A stretch of DNA of 64,000 bases from Leucoraja ocellata (Eukaryota): the NCBI GenBank assembly GCA_036785375.1, contig JAWMAR010000006.1, positions 6,696,001 through 6,760,000 on the forward strand, in the 5' to 3' direction. Below the pieces are notes generated by a model that saw nothing but the letters and a program-made list of their open reading frames with translations, made no database searches and was not told the DNA's origin. Each line of letters begins with the position of its first letter. Position 1 is the stretch's first letter. A program made the translations under genes and the position numbers. Of the stretch, positions 39,426 through 52,229 are shown one piece after another.

Positions 39426-39820
39426 ATTTCCTCCCACACTTCAAAGACGTAGGTTAATTGGATTGGTATAATTGTAAATTGTCCGTAGTGTGTGTGGGAT
39501 AATGGTAGTGTGCAGGGGTCGCTGGTCGGTGCTGACTTGGTGGGCTGAAGGGCCTGATCCCTCGTTGTATCTCTAAACTAAACTAAATAAGCTCTGTTGG
39601 AAAGAACTGCAGATGCTGGGTTTTTTTTAAACTCGAAGGTAGACATAAAATGCTGGAGTATCTCAGCGGGACAGGCAGCACCTCTGGAGAGAAGGAATGA
39701 CGTTTTGTGTCGAGACCTTCTTCAGCTCCTACCCAACAGCCATCGACCTCTTGAACACTACAAACACTAACTAAACTAAGAACAACGAACCGTCTTGGTT
39801 ACACTAAGGACTTTGGGGCT

Positions 39821-40119
39821 TTTTAGACTTTAGAGATACAGGGCGGAAACTGGCCCTTCGGCCCACCGAGTCCGTGCCGACCAGCGATCACCCCATGCAC
39901 TAGCACTATCCTACACACTAGGGACAATTTTACAACTTACTGAAGACAATTAACCTACAAGTCTTTGGAGTGTGGGAGGAAACCAGAGCACCCGGATAAA
40001 ATCCATGCAGTCCCAGGGACAATGTACAAACTCCACACAGACAGCACCCGTAATCAGGATCAAACCCGGGTCTTTGGCGCTGTGAGGGTGCAACTCTATC
40101 GCTGCACCACTGCGTCGCT
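39821..40119 (-). mobile_element. V-SINE (HE1-like), full length
   Basis: Reverse-complement homolog of 10288-10590. Partial copies also at ~24480-24610 (-), 27985-28320 (+), 33812-33990 (+) and 39428-39588 (+). Confidence 0.88.
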
Positions 40120-41791
40120 CAAAATAATGTTTATTAAGGTATTACTGTTTTTTGTTTATTGTGTTATCTATGAATAGATCTAGCTGTGAATAGATAATTG
40201 TTATATGAATGGATATTGTATTATCTATGAATACTGTTCTTGCAGACTTGTTGTTCTGCGGCAGGTAATGATTTCATTGTTGCGTTTTTTGGTGCATATA
40301 CAATTAAACACTCTTCTTGCCCCTCGCAGCAGGCAACAGAGTCTAAACCCAAGGAGTGGGCCCGCATCGTGGGGAGAGGGGGAGGCGAGGGCCCGCGGTT
40401 GGGGGAGAGGAGAGGGCCTGCGGCGGGGGGAAGTAAGGCGTGGGCCCAGCGGGGGTTGCATGAACCCGGCGGGGGTGGCATGGGCCCAATGGGAGGTGGC
40501 GTGGACCAAGCGGGGGGGGGGGGGGGGGAGTGAAGGTGGCGTGGGCCAGGCGGTGGGGGAGACAAGGACCCGTGCGGAGCGGCGTCTGGTGTTGGGGTCA
40601 CGGCGGCTGCCAGGACTGCCAGGTTCAGATTCAGTTGTTCCCGCTCCCATTTCACACCGTCCTCTTTCTTCCATGGGCAACCCTTGTGAGACCAAGACTG
40701 GTTGGGTCCCATTCTCACATGGGATGGCTAGTCCCCAAACGCAATATTGCACCTCTCCACCAATTCCAATATTGGTGGCCAGTGGGGGTGGGGGTGCTTT
40801 CTGGCGATGAATGGTGTTGTGGGCCAAAGGGACTGGTTTCTAGAGGGCTAGTATGGACATTGTGAGCCGAATAGATTCTTGGACTCACAGTTCAGTCACT
40901 CATGGATGGTGGACTCACAGTTCAATCGAATGTGGGAAATCCGTTGTGGTGGATGTTATGTCAACTTTTATGTAGTTGTGTGTATTGTTGCTTTTTAGTA
41001 TGGCTGTACGGTAATACGAATATCACTGTACCTTAATTGGTACACGTGACAATAAAATATATTTGAAACCTTTGAATTCCTAGACTTAACCCCGTCCACC
41101 GACGTGCAATGTGGTTGGGGAGGGGGGGGGGGGGGGGGGGTAGAGGTGCCGGAGGGATCTGGCGGGTGGGGAGGGGGAGAAGTTAGGGAGGGTGAGGATT
41201 CTGCACCTGAGAAGTGTTGATGAACTGATGAGAAACCAATCCCCGCCCACGCCCTGTCACCCACCAGCCCACACCAGACGCTACAGCCTCGACAACTGGG
41301 ACCCCCCCCCCACCCCCAGCGACTCACTCATTTCTCCTCCCCTCTCCCTCTCCGGCCAGTCTGTCCCTAGACTCCTATACCCGGTCACCAACACAAATTC
41401 GGGTTTCAACGCTACGATCCAGTCTAGAACTCTCCCATTTCAGACAACCAGTCCTTCCAGTTTGTGTCAGAAGTGGTCTGTTCTGTTCAATGGCCCGCAA
41501 TGTAACTTCTACTTAAACGCTCTCTGCCGATACTGTCTGACCACCTGAATACTCCCAACCCTTCACTTGTCATGCTTTACAGTATCCCAGCAATGGAACT
41601 TCCACCCGGTCTTCCCTGATATCCCATGTCCAAGGCTGCCGCGAAGGAGCGCTTTCCTCTCACTTCACGGAACAAAGGACACGAACCGGAACAGAGAGAC
41701 GAGTCTCCTCCCTCCTCCCACCCGGTGTCAGATTGGGAAGAGATTCCAAGTTAACGACACACACAGGGAAATAATTCCAACACTGATCATC

Positions 41792-41797
41792 TTTATT
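41792..41797 (-). terminator. Ig light chain polyadenylation signal (putative)
   Basis: AATAAA on the - strand about 350 nt after the C stop codon, followed by TG-rich sequence. Confidence 0.6.
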
Positions 41798-42143
41798 GGT
41801 AGTTTGACGTCGTTGCAGACCGTCAGTCTGATACTGATGAAAAATTACAAACATATATTATTTCTATTAGTCAGATCCATGCCTGTTGCCAGAGAAAACA
41901 ATTCATGTTGAAATTGCTGATGAAGCCAAGTTACTGACCACTTTAACCCGTGTCGCCTAGAGGTGGGAGAAACAGAACAACAATAAACACAAGTACAAAT
42001 GTTTCAATAACACGGTGGAAACAGGAGAAAGCGGATCGGAAGCAGGGAATACAGAGAACAGCGGGCGCACACAGTGGGAGGAAGATCAGATGCAGTGATC
42101 TCCCGGTAATCCGGGAGCAAACACGCCCGGAGCCGCGCTCACT

Positions 42144-42466
42144 TTAACAGCTGGATTGTGTGATTGTGGCGGATATTTTCGAGGCTGCTCCTTGCTGAAC
42201 TGTGCAGGAGTACAACTTCCCACTGCTCCAGTCTGCGCCGAGCACCGCCAGGTAGCTGCTGAGACTGAAGGTGTTGTCCGTGTCCCGCCTCACCGCGCTG
42301 GTTTGCACCTCACTGCTCGGCGGACTCCCGTCCACTGTCCAGCTGACGGCGGGGAAGCCCGCGGACAGTTTACTGACCAGGCAAACTAAGGTGCCCGCTC
42401 CTTTAGCGGACATCTCCTCGTCTGACGGCCCCAGCAGTTTCACTGAAGGGTCTGGGAGCTGCGAAG
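42144..42466 (-). CDS. Ig light chain constant exon
   Basis: TTGCAG acceptor, phase 1; (A)SQLPDPSVKLLGPSDEEMSAKGAGTLVCLVSKLSAGFPAVSWTVDG...DNTFSLSSYL...WSSGKLYSCTVQQ...TITQSSC*. C1-set Cys/Trp/Cys plus the C-terminal Cys for the heavy-light disulfide. Confidence 0.97.
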
Positions 42467-43584
42467 CTGCAATTGGAACAAGAGAAGACATGTTTCAGGT
42501 GACGGAAGAGCTCGGTCATCTCAGCGTTTGACAGAAGCGCGAGTGAGAGGTTGCAGCTTCCTCTAGTGGGGACCCGAGTCTCGCTGAGGGACGGAGCGGT
42601 GCCCATGGAGGTCGCCGCATGGGGAACTCCGGGGAACTAGAGATGTGAGGCCAAGTTCTTGTTTTAGGAAAGATGGACACAAAATGCTAGAACAGGAGGT
42701 TTCAGGTCGGGGCCCTTCTTTAGGCTGAATGTATCGGGGAATGAACTGGAAGCAAGAAAAGACCAGCACACAGGGTGGCTCTGTTTGTTGGCGAGGGACA
42801 ATGAGATCCCGGGAGGGATATATCGTTGCGAACTGTGGAGCTGATTATCCGACTTTTGATGGAGGAGATGCGGGGAGGTGGGGTGCGCGGAGACTTTGCC
42901 TTAGTTCATGCCACTGGGTTGGACTGGGGAACGGGAGAGGTGCCTTTATTGGGCGGGTGTCTGCGGGAGAGTTCCGTCGCCACTGGCAGGATTAGAGGTT
43001 CCGTGAAATTCCGGGGGAGATTCCGCTGTGGGATCCTCATACAATAGTGAAACGTATAGTTCCACTGCCTCAACAACCCCGGGCTGTCTCCAGTCGCCAA
43101 TGTCCTCTCCCCACTGTGACACCGGGCTCCACTTTAGGCAGCTGGGACCCCTCACGTTCACTTGGATCAAACCGGCACAAAGCGGATAAACTAACGGGAG
43201 TAACTCCGCGCAAACTCAGAGATGAAGTTAGTCTCAGACAGACAATTTTCACAAGCACATGCAGAGACAGAGCAACTGCACCACAAAGAGAATGATTAAT
43301 GCCCGAGCCGGCTGCCTGCCCCTTTTCTGTGGTTACCGCCGCACCCGGGTGATACTCGAGAGGGATTACGCGGGCGCCCTGGGGGATTTCCGGGAATGTT
43401 GGGCTCTGCGTGGGGTGGAAGTCATTCTCAATAAGGATTGTACTATAGTTGTATAGTATAGTATTTAGTATATTTGTTTGCCTTGAATTATGGCGGTGGG
43501 TTTTGTTTTGATTTATTTCGTACTGTAAATATTATTGTAAATAATTGATTAAATACTTTTTGGTTCAAAACCGATTAACCGAGA

Positions 43585-43942
43585 GTGCACCTTTTTGAAT
43601 CAAACAAACTTCACGAAAAAGAGAAGTGTGGTCAATAAAAGACAGTGACAAAAATATCTAAACACAACAACATTTAGTTGAATTGGCGCTGGGCACAGAA
43701 CTCAAATTAATTGAAAAATCAACATCCTCTCTGTGAAATTAGCCTGGAAATAATAAAGGTTAAAGTGTACCTTTTTGAAATATCAAACAAGCCTCACGAA
43801 ATAGAGAATGTGGTCATTAAAATACAGTAACAATTCACTGAACACAACTATATTTATTGGAACTGGTGCTGGACACTGAACTTAAATGGATTGCAAAATA
43901 AAAATTCTCGATAAAATTAGCCAGATAATAATAAAGGTTAAA
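43585..43942. repeat. Diverged ~180-bp tandem duplication in the J-C intron
   Basis: GTG(C/T)ACCTTTTTGAA...TCAAACAA...TCACGAAA...TAATAAAGGTTAAA occurs at ~43585-43764 and ~43765-43942. Confidence 0.85.
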
Positions 43943-44008
43943 ATATTAGTTGCCAACTGACCGTATTCTCGCGGTTAGTAATTGCGGGATGATTTCCCAG
44001 ACACTTAC

Positions 44009-44046
44009 CTGTAACAAAGAGCTTGGTCCCTGGGCCGAACACCCCC
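44009..44046 (-). CDS. Ig light chain J segment
   Basis: GVFGPGTKLFVT (FGxG motif) followed by a GTAAG donor, phase 1; 38 bp. Confidence 0.96.
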
Positions 44047-44084
44047 CACAGTGTGTGGTTCCGGCTTCAGCCCTGACAGTTATC
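44047..44084 (+). other. 22/23-spacer recombination signal sequence of J
   Basis: Perfect CACAGTG at 44047-44053 abutting J, 22-bp spacer, then a degenerate nonamer ACAGTTATC (5/9 to ACAAAAACC). Confidence 0.8.
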
Positions 44085-44399
44085 CCGGGCCCTGGAATCA
44101 GACAGAAAACACGGGCAGACGCTCCAGTTTCCGCATGAAAGTCGACTTCACACATCCCGAGTGTCCCTCCCGGTGTGGGGAGAGAAGGGATGAACTCACA
44201 GCCGCATCGCCAGGTTTGAAATTAAACGGCATCGAATCCCGGCAGTGGGCGGTGGGACTGTGAAACTTCATAAAAAATGAAATATTGAAATTGGAAAATA
44301 CTGTATAAAGGATAAAATTAAAGCGACTTTGTGAAGAATGAAAGATTAGAATGTTTTCATCGTTTCAAAGATGTAAAGTGCATCATGTTTGTTGCCTCC

Positions 44400-44427
44400 A
44401 GTTTTTGTTCGACCCTTTCTCACTGTG
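44400..44427 (-). other. 12-spacer recombination signal sequence of V
   Basis: CACAGTG (44427-44421), 12-bp spacer, ACAAAAACT (44408-44400). Confidence 0.96.
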
Positions 44428-44751
44428 TGTAAGTACTGCTCGCTGAAACCCACTTCATACAGTAATAGACGGCAGCGTCATTCACCTCCGCCTTGCTTAT
44501 GATCAACTGGTAAACGGTGCCGGCGCTGTTGGTTTTCGATGTGAAACGGTCGCTGCTGAACCCAGACCCATAGGTCGGGGCGGCCTGTCCGTGATAATAC
44601 CGGAGAACCCATTGAGGAGTTGTTCCCAACGTCTGCTTGTACCAATGAACGTAATTGTTATCATCTGTCCCGATGTTGCATTCCAGCGTGGCCGTGACCC
44701 CTGGATTCACCGACACGGTCGCAGGTTGAGTCAGAGTCTGACACTCTCCGG
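44428..44751 (-). CDS. Ig light chain V segment, germline and unrearranged, probably sigma isotype
   Basis: TTTACAG acceptor; (S)GECQTLTQPATVSVNPGVTATLECNIGTDDNNYVHWYKQTLGTTPQWVLRYYHGQAAPTYGSGFSSDRFTSKTNSAGTVYQLIISKAEVNDAAVYYCMKWVSASSTY. Has the conserved Cys, WYKQ and DAAVYYC. The long CDR2 and YGSGFSSxRFTS motif resemble IgL sigma. Confidence 0.93.
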
Positions 44752-44840
44752 CTGTAAAGTAGAAGGAATTCAATTTTAACTATTTAATGTAACCCCCAAG
44801 AGCCCACATCACTGCCCGCACATTTGCCACCTGTACTTAC

Positions 44841-44886
44841 AGCCCAGCCACAGTACCAGAGACGACAAAAAGCACAGCGTTTTCAT
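44841..44886 (-). CDS. Ig light chain leader exon
   Basis: MKTLCFLSSLVLWLG plus 1 nt, then a GTAAGT donor; 46 bp, phase 1; hydrophobic signal peptide; 89-bp intron to the V exon. Confidence 0.92.
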
Positions 44887-44957
44887 GGTTACTGCTCTCA
44901 GTTTCCTGCCTCACTCCAGCCGCTGTATTTGTGAGACTGCGCTCCCGATGGAACCCA

Positions 44958-44999
44958 CTTATAGAGCCATTGACACAGGACGGAAATCCGTGCAAATCA
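44958..44999 (-). promoter_or_regulatory. Ig light chain promoter: octamer/decamer variant plus TATA
   Basis: TGATTTGCAC (44999-44990; light-chain decamer TNATTTGCAT with one change) and TATAAG (44963-44958), about 70-110 bp upstream of the leader ATG. Confidence 0.75.
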
Positions 45000-45409
45000 G
45001 GGCGGGTCACATCTGAAACCCTCCCATTCGCCATCAGACACGGTCGGGTTGAAGCGGTGACAATGTCAGCCACTGACTGCTCTGTTAAACACAACCCGTG
45101 AATGAACAGGTCGTTTGTTGTCTGATATTCCCCACCTTCTCCAACCATTCCCCCGAGTCAGTGGTTGTAACACTTCATCCCTCAGTCCAGAGATGCTCCT
45201 CGCACCTCAATACACAACACGGTGGGACAGTGCAGGCTTCAGGCACAAGGGGTTGGAGATGTCCGGTCGGGACCCTACTTCAATCTTGGCCCAAAACGCG
45301 GTCTGTGTAATTTCCTCCACAGATGATTCTTTAAACCCGAAGTTCCTCAGTCAGTTTGTTTTTTCGTACTAATTTAGACTTTAAGTTGAAACCCACCGCG
45401 ACAATTGAG

Positions 45410-46192
45410 AATCCAACATTGGCTTGGTGGTAAGACAGAGAGGGTGATAGTAGAGCATTGCTTCTCAAGTTCGTCTGTGACCAGTGGTGCCACAGGGACT
45501 GGTGTTAGGGCCAATGTTGCTTGTCACATATATTCATGATTTGGATGAGAATGAAGGTGGCATGATTATTAAATCTGTATATGACGCAAGAATTGGGGTA
45601 TAGTGGACACGTGGAAAATACTGTCCACGTTTGCAACCAAACTTTAACTGGGAAAGTAGGAAAATGAATGGGAAAAATATATTTGACTCAGACAGTGTTG
45701 CAGGACCGAGGGGCCCTTGTTTAGGCTGCACTTGGCATATTGTGCTCAGTTCCTGCCATGCTCAAAGAATATATGTTGGATCTAGAAACAGTTCAGATCA
45801 GGTGCACAAGCTTAGTTTGGAGGGTTTGATTCATAAGGAGAGATTGTAAAGGCTTGAACTTTAGTCCCTGGAGTGGAGGAAGGCTAGAGGTGACCTTTCT
45901 AGAAGCTTATAAAGTGTGCGGGATATAGATAAGGTAGATAGTCACAGTCTAATACAAGAGGGCATCGTTTGAAGGTGAGAGGAGAAAAATTAAGATGTGC
46001 TATGGGTCAGGTTTTTCACACAAAGGGGATGGGTATATGGAATGAGCTGTCAGAGGAGCAAGCATTTAGAGTGCATGGATAGGAATAGTTTACAGGTGTG
46101 TCAAATGCCGGGAAATGGGATTATTTGTGATTGGCATCCTGGTTGGAATGGACAACGTGTGCCAAATGACCTGTTTCAATGCTGTATCATTT
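45410..46192 (+). mobile_element. Degenerate CR1/HER1-like LINE
   Basis: Remnants of SGVPQGxVLGP and YDAR (ADD motif), plus a CR1-like 3' region. Confidence 0.75.
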
Positions 46193-49100
46193 AAGGAATC
46201 CCTAAACCTACGAATGCAATCTAAGCGTGAGGATGGAAATTGGTCTTAGTCACAATGAATTGTTGATGGCCTGAAACACCAGAAGACTCATTAACTCCCA
46301 TGCTTCCCTGTGAATGTTTCCAGTCCCACAGCCTGCCTCAGAAGTTTCCCAGCAACCCAGTCAGTTGTCTACAACCACCAATAGAAGGGCCTCAGCCATT
46401 AATGTGTCCAGGCACCACTGGAATGGCAACAACTGGCTTTGCCAGTGGCATCCGTATTCCAAGAATGTGGAAAATTAAAGCTTGATCAGTCCCAGGGTCT
46501 AGTGAAATACTTTGTGTAAACATAGAGCAGGAGACAGGGTCCCAGTGAGTTACACAAGCAATTGTCTTCAACAAAGACCCAGGGAATTAAATACGTTTGT
46601 TTGGTTGAAGTTGGGCAAAGGTCCATTGAATAGTCATTGTGTTTTGATTGAATTCTTTATTCATTGAGAGGGACTCTCTCATGGGAGGGAATCTCTAAGC
46701 CATGGAAATGGGCACACAGTGGGGCCTGGGAACTTACAATGCTTCCTGATTCCTGGAAGCTCAGATAAAGGAAGTGATGCCAGTTAGATCAGCTCAAGCT
46801 CTGCGTTTGGAGCTCGAGCACCAACAGTCCATGCTCAAATGGACCTTGATCCCAAGGCTGATTGTTTCATGTGCAGCAGGTTTCAGGAGGTGGTCATCCT
46901 CCACCTAAAGTGAGTGCTGGCAGTGGGGGAGCGGGAAACCACTAGAGAGACAAAGAAGTGGCAGATGGGTCAGGGCATCTGTGTGGCACCCTGCTCTCTC
47001 TGCCCTTCCTTTACTCCATCTGATTGTTGTGGCACTGTGATATCATCTGCAAATGGTAAACAAAGTTAAAGCAGAATTTGGCCACACAGTTGTGAGTGTA
47101 TTGGGAGCACAATAAGTGTCTGAGAACAATGCCTTGCAGGGCAACAGTGTTGAGAAATACCATGGAGTAGGAGTTGTCAGACATCCTTACTGATTACTGT
47201 GGGTCAGGAAGTGGAGGATCCAGTTGCAGAATGGGCACATCCAAGGCCTGCACGATTCTTCCTCAAAGACCTAGAAGGAGCCACATCATGGATAGTGTAG
47301 CTGGAGAAAGAGGAGAGGTTTAAGATGGTTTGGCAGAGAATGAACTCAGGAAAGTAGCATTGTAAAGAAGATGAAAAAGAGCATGTGATATAGTGGCAAT
47401 GGGGTATAATTAATGAAGGGCAATGAAGGACTAAATATTCCTCCATACATGGTAGGGTAGGGGAGCAATGAGAGGAGGGTGAATGAGGGAAGGGTGAATG
47501 TGGTGTGAATCTTCTAAGACAATCCCTAGGGACGGAGGGTGAATTCCAGTTTTGTTGGACATGAACTGGCCAATGAGGATAATGTGGAATCACAGACCCT
47601 TCAGTATGAGGGTGTGTAGTTAGTGAGCTGGTCCACTCCCTCCATCACAGATGGGTTTGTCTGTGTTGCTGACACATGACCTCAACAAGTACAAGTTTCA
47701 AAGCCGAATGCTCCATTTCGACCTGAATGCTCATGGGCCATAGAGTCCCTGGAGTTAGTGGTAATGTTGCATTACTTCAAACGGCTTTGAACATGCCTAT
47801 AAATCAGGTCCATGGTCCTCCTGGTCTGAAAGATCAGTATGGGAAAGGGAACGTGAGTTAAAAGGACAGGAACTGGGAGATCCAGCAGACCTTGGTGGAC
47901 AGAGTGCAAGTATTTGGCAAAATGGTTGTCTACAAAATGCTTGGTCTCACTGATGTAAAAGAGGCCACATAAGGAGCTCCAAATGCAATAGAGGAGGTTT
48001 ATATTTCATCCTTCCTCTGCGCTCCGTAACTGACAAGCTTTTGTGCCCTTTTAGTCTCCAGCCTTTGTCACTTAGTCCACCCATCTGCCAATCACAACCA
48101 CTCATCTGACACAGACTTATCAGTATTTTTCCCAACCCCACCCCACTTCTTCAGCTTTCATTCTCCTCTACTACATCAGTCAGACGAGGAGCCACAACCC
48201 ATGGGTCCCACTGCATTTTACTGTTTTGCTGCCATGTGAGACCTTGTCAGAAGTTCAGAAGTTAAAAGATTGTGTCGTCATTATCGTATAAAGCAAGAGA
48301 GAGTGAAATGGAAGGGAAGAGGCAGAGGGGAAGGGAAAGAGGGACAGATAATAGGAAAATGGGGACATGGGGATGGGAGATGAGTGAAGGGGTGGAGCAG
48401 GGTGAGTGGGGCAGATGTAGGGAGAATTAGATGCATACCCAGGTGGTAGAGGAGGCATAGAAACGAGAGAAGGGTTATATGGGGAAATTAGTTGAATTGA
48501 CTTCATACTGTCGGGTTGTAAACTACAATATGAGGAGCTGATCCTCCAGTTTGCGTGTGGCCTCACCCATGACAGAACTTATAATAGTCTATGTGTTGCA
48601 AGAGTACGGACAAGGGTATGCGAACAAATCAATCTGCACAACACAGGCAACTAGACAAGACTAGGGCCACAGAACGGGTGATGTTTATCTTGGAGTGGAC
48701 AATGGCATTGTATCACTGGTGTCTACAATGAATTTGATGGATTCCATGGAGATACTGTTGGCGGTTCTTCTGCAGTGTCATGTGATGCCTGTTGTAGCAA
48801 GTTCAGTTGTCAGAAACAGATAGGAAGCAGGAATTACAGTTCCCCGGTAGACCATGGGTTTGTGCCAGTGCTGCAGTCTTGGTCTTCAAATACTATTTCC
48901 CCCAAAATGTGTGCTGACACATTTAATGCAATGGTGAAAGGCACGTCATAGTAGCATCATCTCCATGAGGAGTTTGACTACTAAGGTTTGGCTAACTTTC
49001 TGTCTGGATTGCTGTTACCAGAGGTTTAACAATTTCCCATTAGCTTTCCATTCCCAGATGATTCCCATCATCTCCACTCCCAATTTGATGCAACATGCAG

Positions 49101-52100
49101 CAAGAAACATTGAGAAAAATGTTTGTGCAACTGGGCACCTTCATTCACCACTGGTTTTCAGAACGAATGATTCTGTTGTAGAAAATTTGCAGAATAAACA
49201 TAAACTGGAAATGTATTTCATTGGGAGCCAAACTTGAGGAGGGTATTCAACAATCGCTCACGATTGAGAGTCAAAGGTTTGGTGAGATGGACAATCTCCT
49301 CCTTGGCCTCCTCACTGCTTGCCTTCAGCAACTGGCGTACAACAACATCCAGGTCTCCACTTTGCCAACCTATCTGCACTGAGATAATAATCTCTTAGCC
49401 ACTTATCTGGTTCAGCCGCTGCTGAAAGTCACATTCTATCAACTTATGTTGACTTTGTCCAATATATAAATTAACAAAGAAGAATGGTGGGAGTTACTGT
49501 TTGGTAGAAGGAATCTGAAAGTGCAATACAAAGCAGAGTGTACAAATATAAAAACAGTGCAAGAACAGAGCTATCTAGAGGTGTATGTGCATGTTTTAAT
49601 GAAAAGCATAAGTCAAGGTGACACAGGTCCTCATCAGCAGAGACAGAGCAACAGTAAGTAAGTCATGATAGGAACTTTGAGAAAACACTGATTCGGCCAA
49701 AACTGGCGTTTTCTGTTGAGCTCTGGGCTGTTGAACTCATACATATTGAGTTCATAATTATTCAGCAATCCCAGGGTATAATATTCATCTATTTTACCAG
49801 ATACATCCTCAGACATCCAATTGATCAGTAAAGTGTGATTTCCACAAATCTGTGTTGATTCTGCTTAATCATGTAATTATTTCCTAGGAGGCCTGATCTC
49901 ACACCCTTGATTGTAGGTTTCAGCAACTATTGATGCCAGTCTAACAGATTGGTAGTGAGCAGTTTTCTTCTATCTTATACAATGGGATTGGCTCAATGGA
50001 AGTCCCGCTCGCACACATCATACAGCGTATCTAGGCAATGTTGAAACATGGGCAGATAAGTGGCAAGTAATGTCCACAATATAGAAATGCCAGACCATGG
50101 CCATGTCTAACAAATGTAAGTCTAACCACCTACCTTTGACATTCAATGCCATCACTATCTCTGAGCCTCCTCCACACCATGATCAATTTCCTGAGGATCA
50201 GCTTGAGCATAAATTCAACTAGACCAGTTGTGAATTCTCCACGAACAGAAAGGCCAAATGCAGCATATGTTGAATTGATTGATCTAACTCCCGATACCGC
50301 AGAAACTTTCACCATTTACAAGGTCCAAGTGCTCTTGATTGGAATACTCTTCATCCAGCGAGATGAACACATCTCCAACAACATTCCTAATGTTTAACAC
50401 TGTTTCAGACAAGGCATAGACAAGACAAGCCATTGGATGGCTGCTTAACCACCAGCCTGAAGATTTATTACTTCTAACACTGGAGTACAATATCGGCACT
50501 GTGTCCAATCTACAAATGCTCTCGAGTTACTTCCCCAGGTTACAACGATAACACGTACAAAACTGTCTACCAAGAACACATGGCAGAAGATGCATGGTTG
50601 TACCACCACGGTTGTATGGTCACTTCTAAGCTTCAATAGCATCCTGTATTGGAAATATATTGATAGACCTTTATTGTTAATGAGTATAAATCCTGGATCT
50701 CCCTATCCACCCACACTCTTGGAGCACCTTCACCAGTAGGAATGTAAACATTCCAGAAGACAGGTCACTACCACTTTCCCATGGGCAGATAGGACAAATA
50801 AAGCTTGACAGAGAAATTAAAATGTAACTAAAATGTGATTGACTTTGGTTGTGTGGATTGTCTTGTTCAGATAATGGAAATCTCACAGTAGTATTTAAAA
50901 GCTTATAAGGAATCGACAGAGTAGAAAGGAAGAGACTATTTACATCGGTAGAGGGCAAAGAATCAGGGGGAATGGAATAAAAGGGAATGGAAAAGTGACT
51001 TTAAGAACATTTATGTATATGGAGAGTGCTGTGAAGAAGAAGAGTGAAGGAACTTTTATTGTCACAAGTCGCAAAATGGAATGATGACATTTTTACTTGC
51101 AGCAGTGCAACAGAGAGCACAATATAATGCAATACTAGTGGAGCATCAATGCAATGTGCAGAAAGGAATTGGACATGTACAGTATCTGAATCTGCAGGGC
51201 TGTGGGGAGAGGACTGGGGGTTGGGATGCTGGACTTCTCTTACATAGGAGTGGTTTGGAGTCAACAAGCTGAAAGGCACCTTTCCGTGATGTAACCATTC
51301 TGCGAGTCTGTGATTCTTACCCTCCAATGTTGAACTCTGATGCTGAGACAGTGACACCAATGCGAGCAGCTCTATTCCAGTTGAGCATCTCCTGACTTGG
51401 AGCGGTTAGTAAGGTAGTTATTAGTAATGGCAGTTATTTCCTAGTGTCCTGCTTTGTTTCTGCCCTGTCCAGTCACGGAGATGAAATGGCAGCTCGTGGC
51501 TCCAGCAAACACCTTCCTTTGTCAGATCCAGTGCTTCCAAAGCCATGACTCTCTCATTTGTTTAGAATCCTTTAACCCCGAGAACAATAATGCATGTTAA
51601 GTCGCATTGTTGGTAGCTGTTAACCACACAAAGTGTCTGAAATTTTCTCCTTACAACAGAATCCTCACAGCAAAATGTTAAAAATGGAGACTTGATGGAA
51701 AATGGAAGTTAACTGTTCAGTTTTTGTTCAGCCAACATTACTGAGTACACAAGGAACTGCAGATAGACACTGGAGTAACTCAGCGGGACAGGCAGCATCT
51801 GTGGAGTGAAGGAATGGGTGATGATTTGGGTCGAGACCCTTCTACAGACTGCAGGAACTGCAGATGCTGGTTTACAAAAAAACCCACAAAGTGCTGGAGT
51901 AACTCAATAGGTCAAGCAAGATCTCTGGAGAACATGGATAGGTGACATTTTGTGTCGGGACCTTTGTGTGTTTGTTTCTATTTTTCATCTGTGAATAATT
52001 CTGTTTCACTCCATAGAACTGATATTATAAATAGAGCTATCTGAAGAAGGGTCTCAACCCGAAACTTCTCTCCAGAGACACTGCTTCACCCGTTGAATTA

Positions 52101-52229
52101 CTCTAGCATTTTGTGTCTACCTTATAAATAGAGCTGATGGACTCATGCCGTTGTCAGTTGAATTTTAATATGCTATCAGTGAACAGTAGTGCCTTGTTGG
52201 TCATATATTCTACTCATGCATTCAATTGA

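Noticed and set aside
40205-40865. Overlapping 160-200 aa ORFs on both strands
   Set aside because: GC-rich repeat-derived sequence with no recognisable domain; the same applies to 59040-59681 and 29399-30243.
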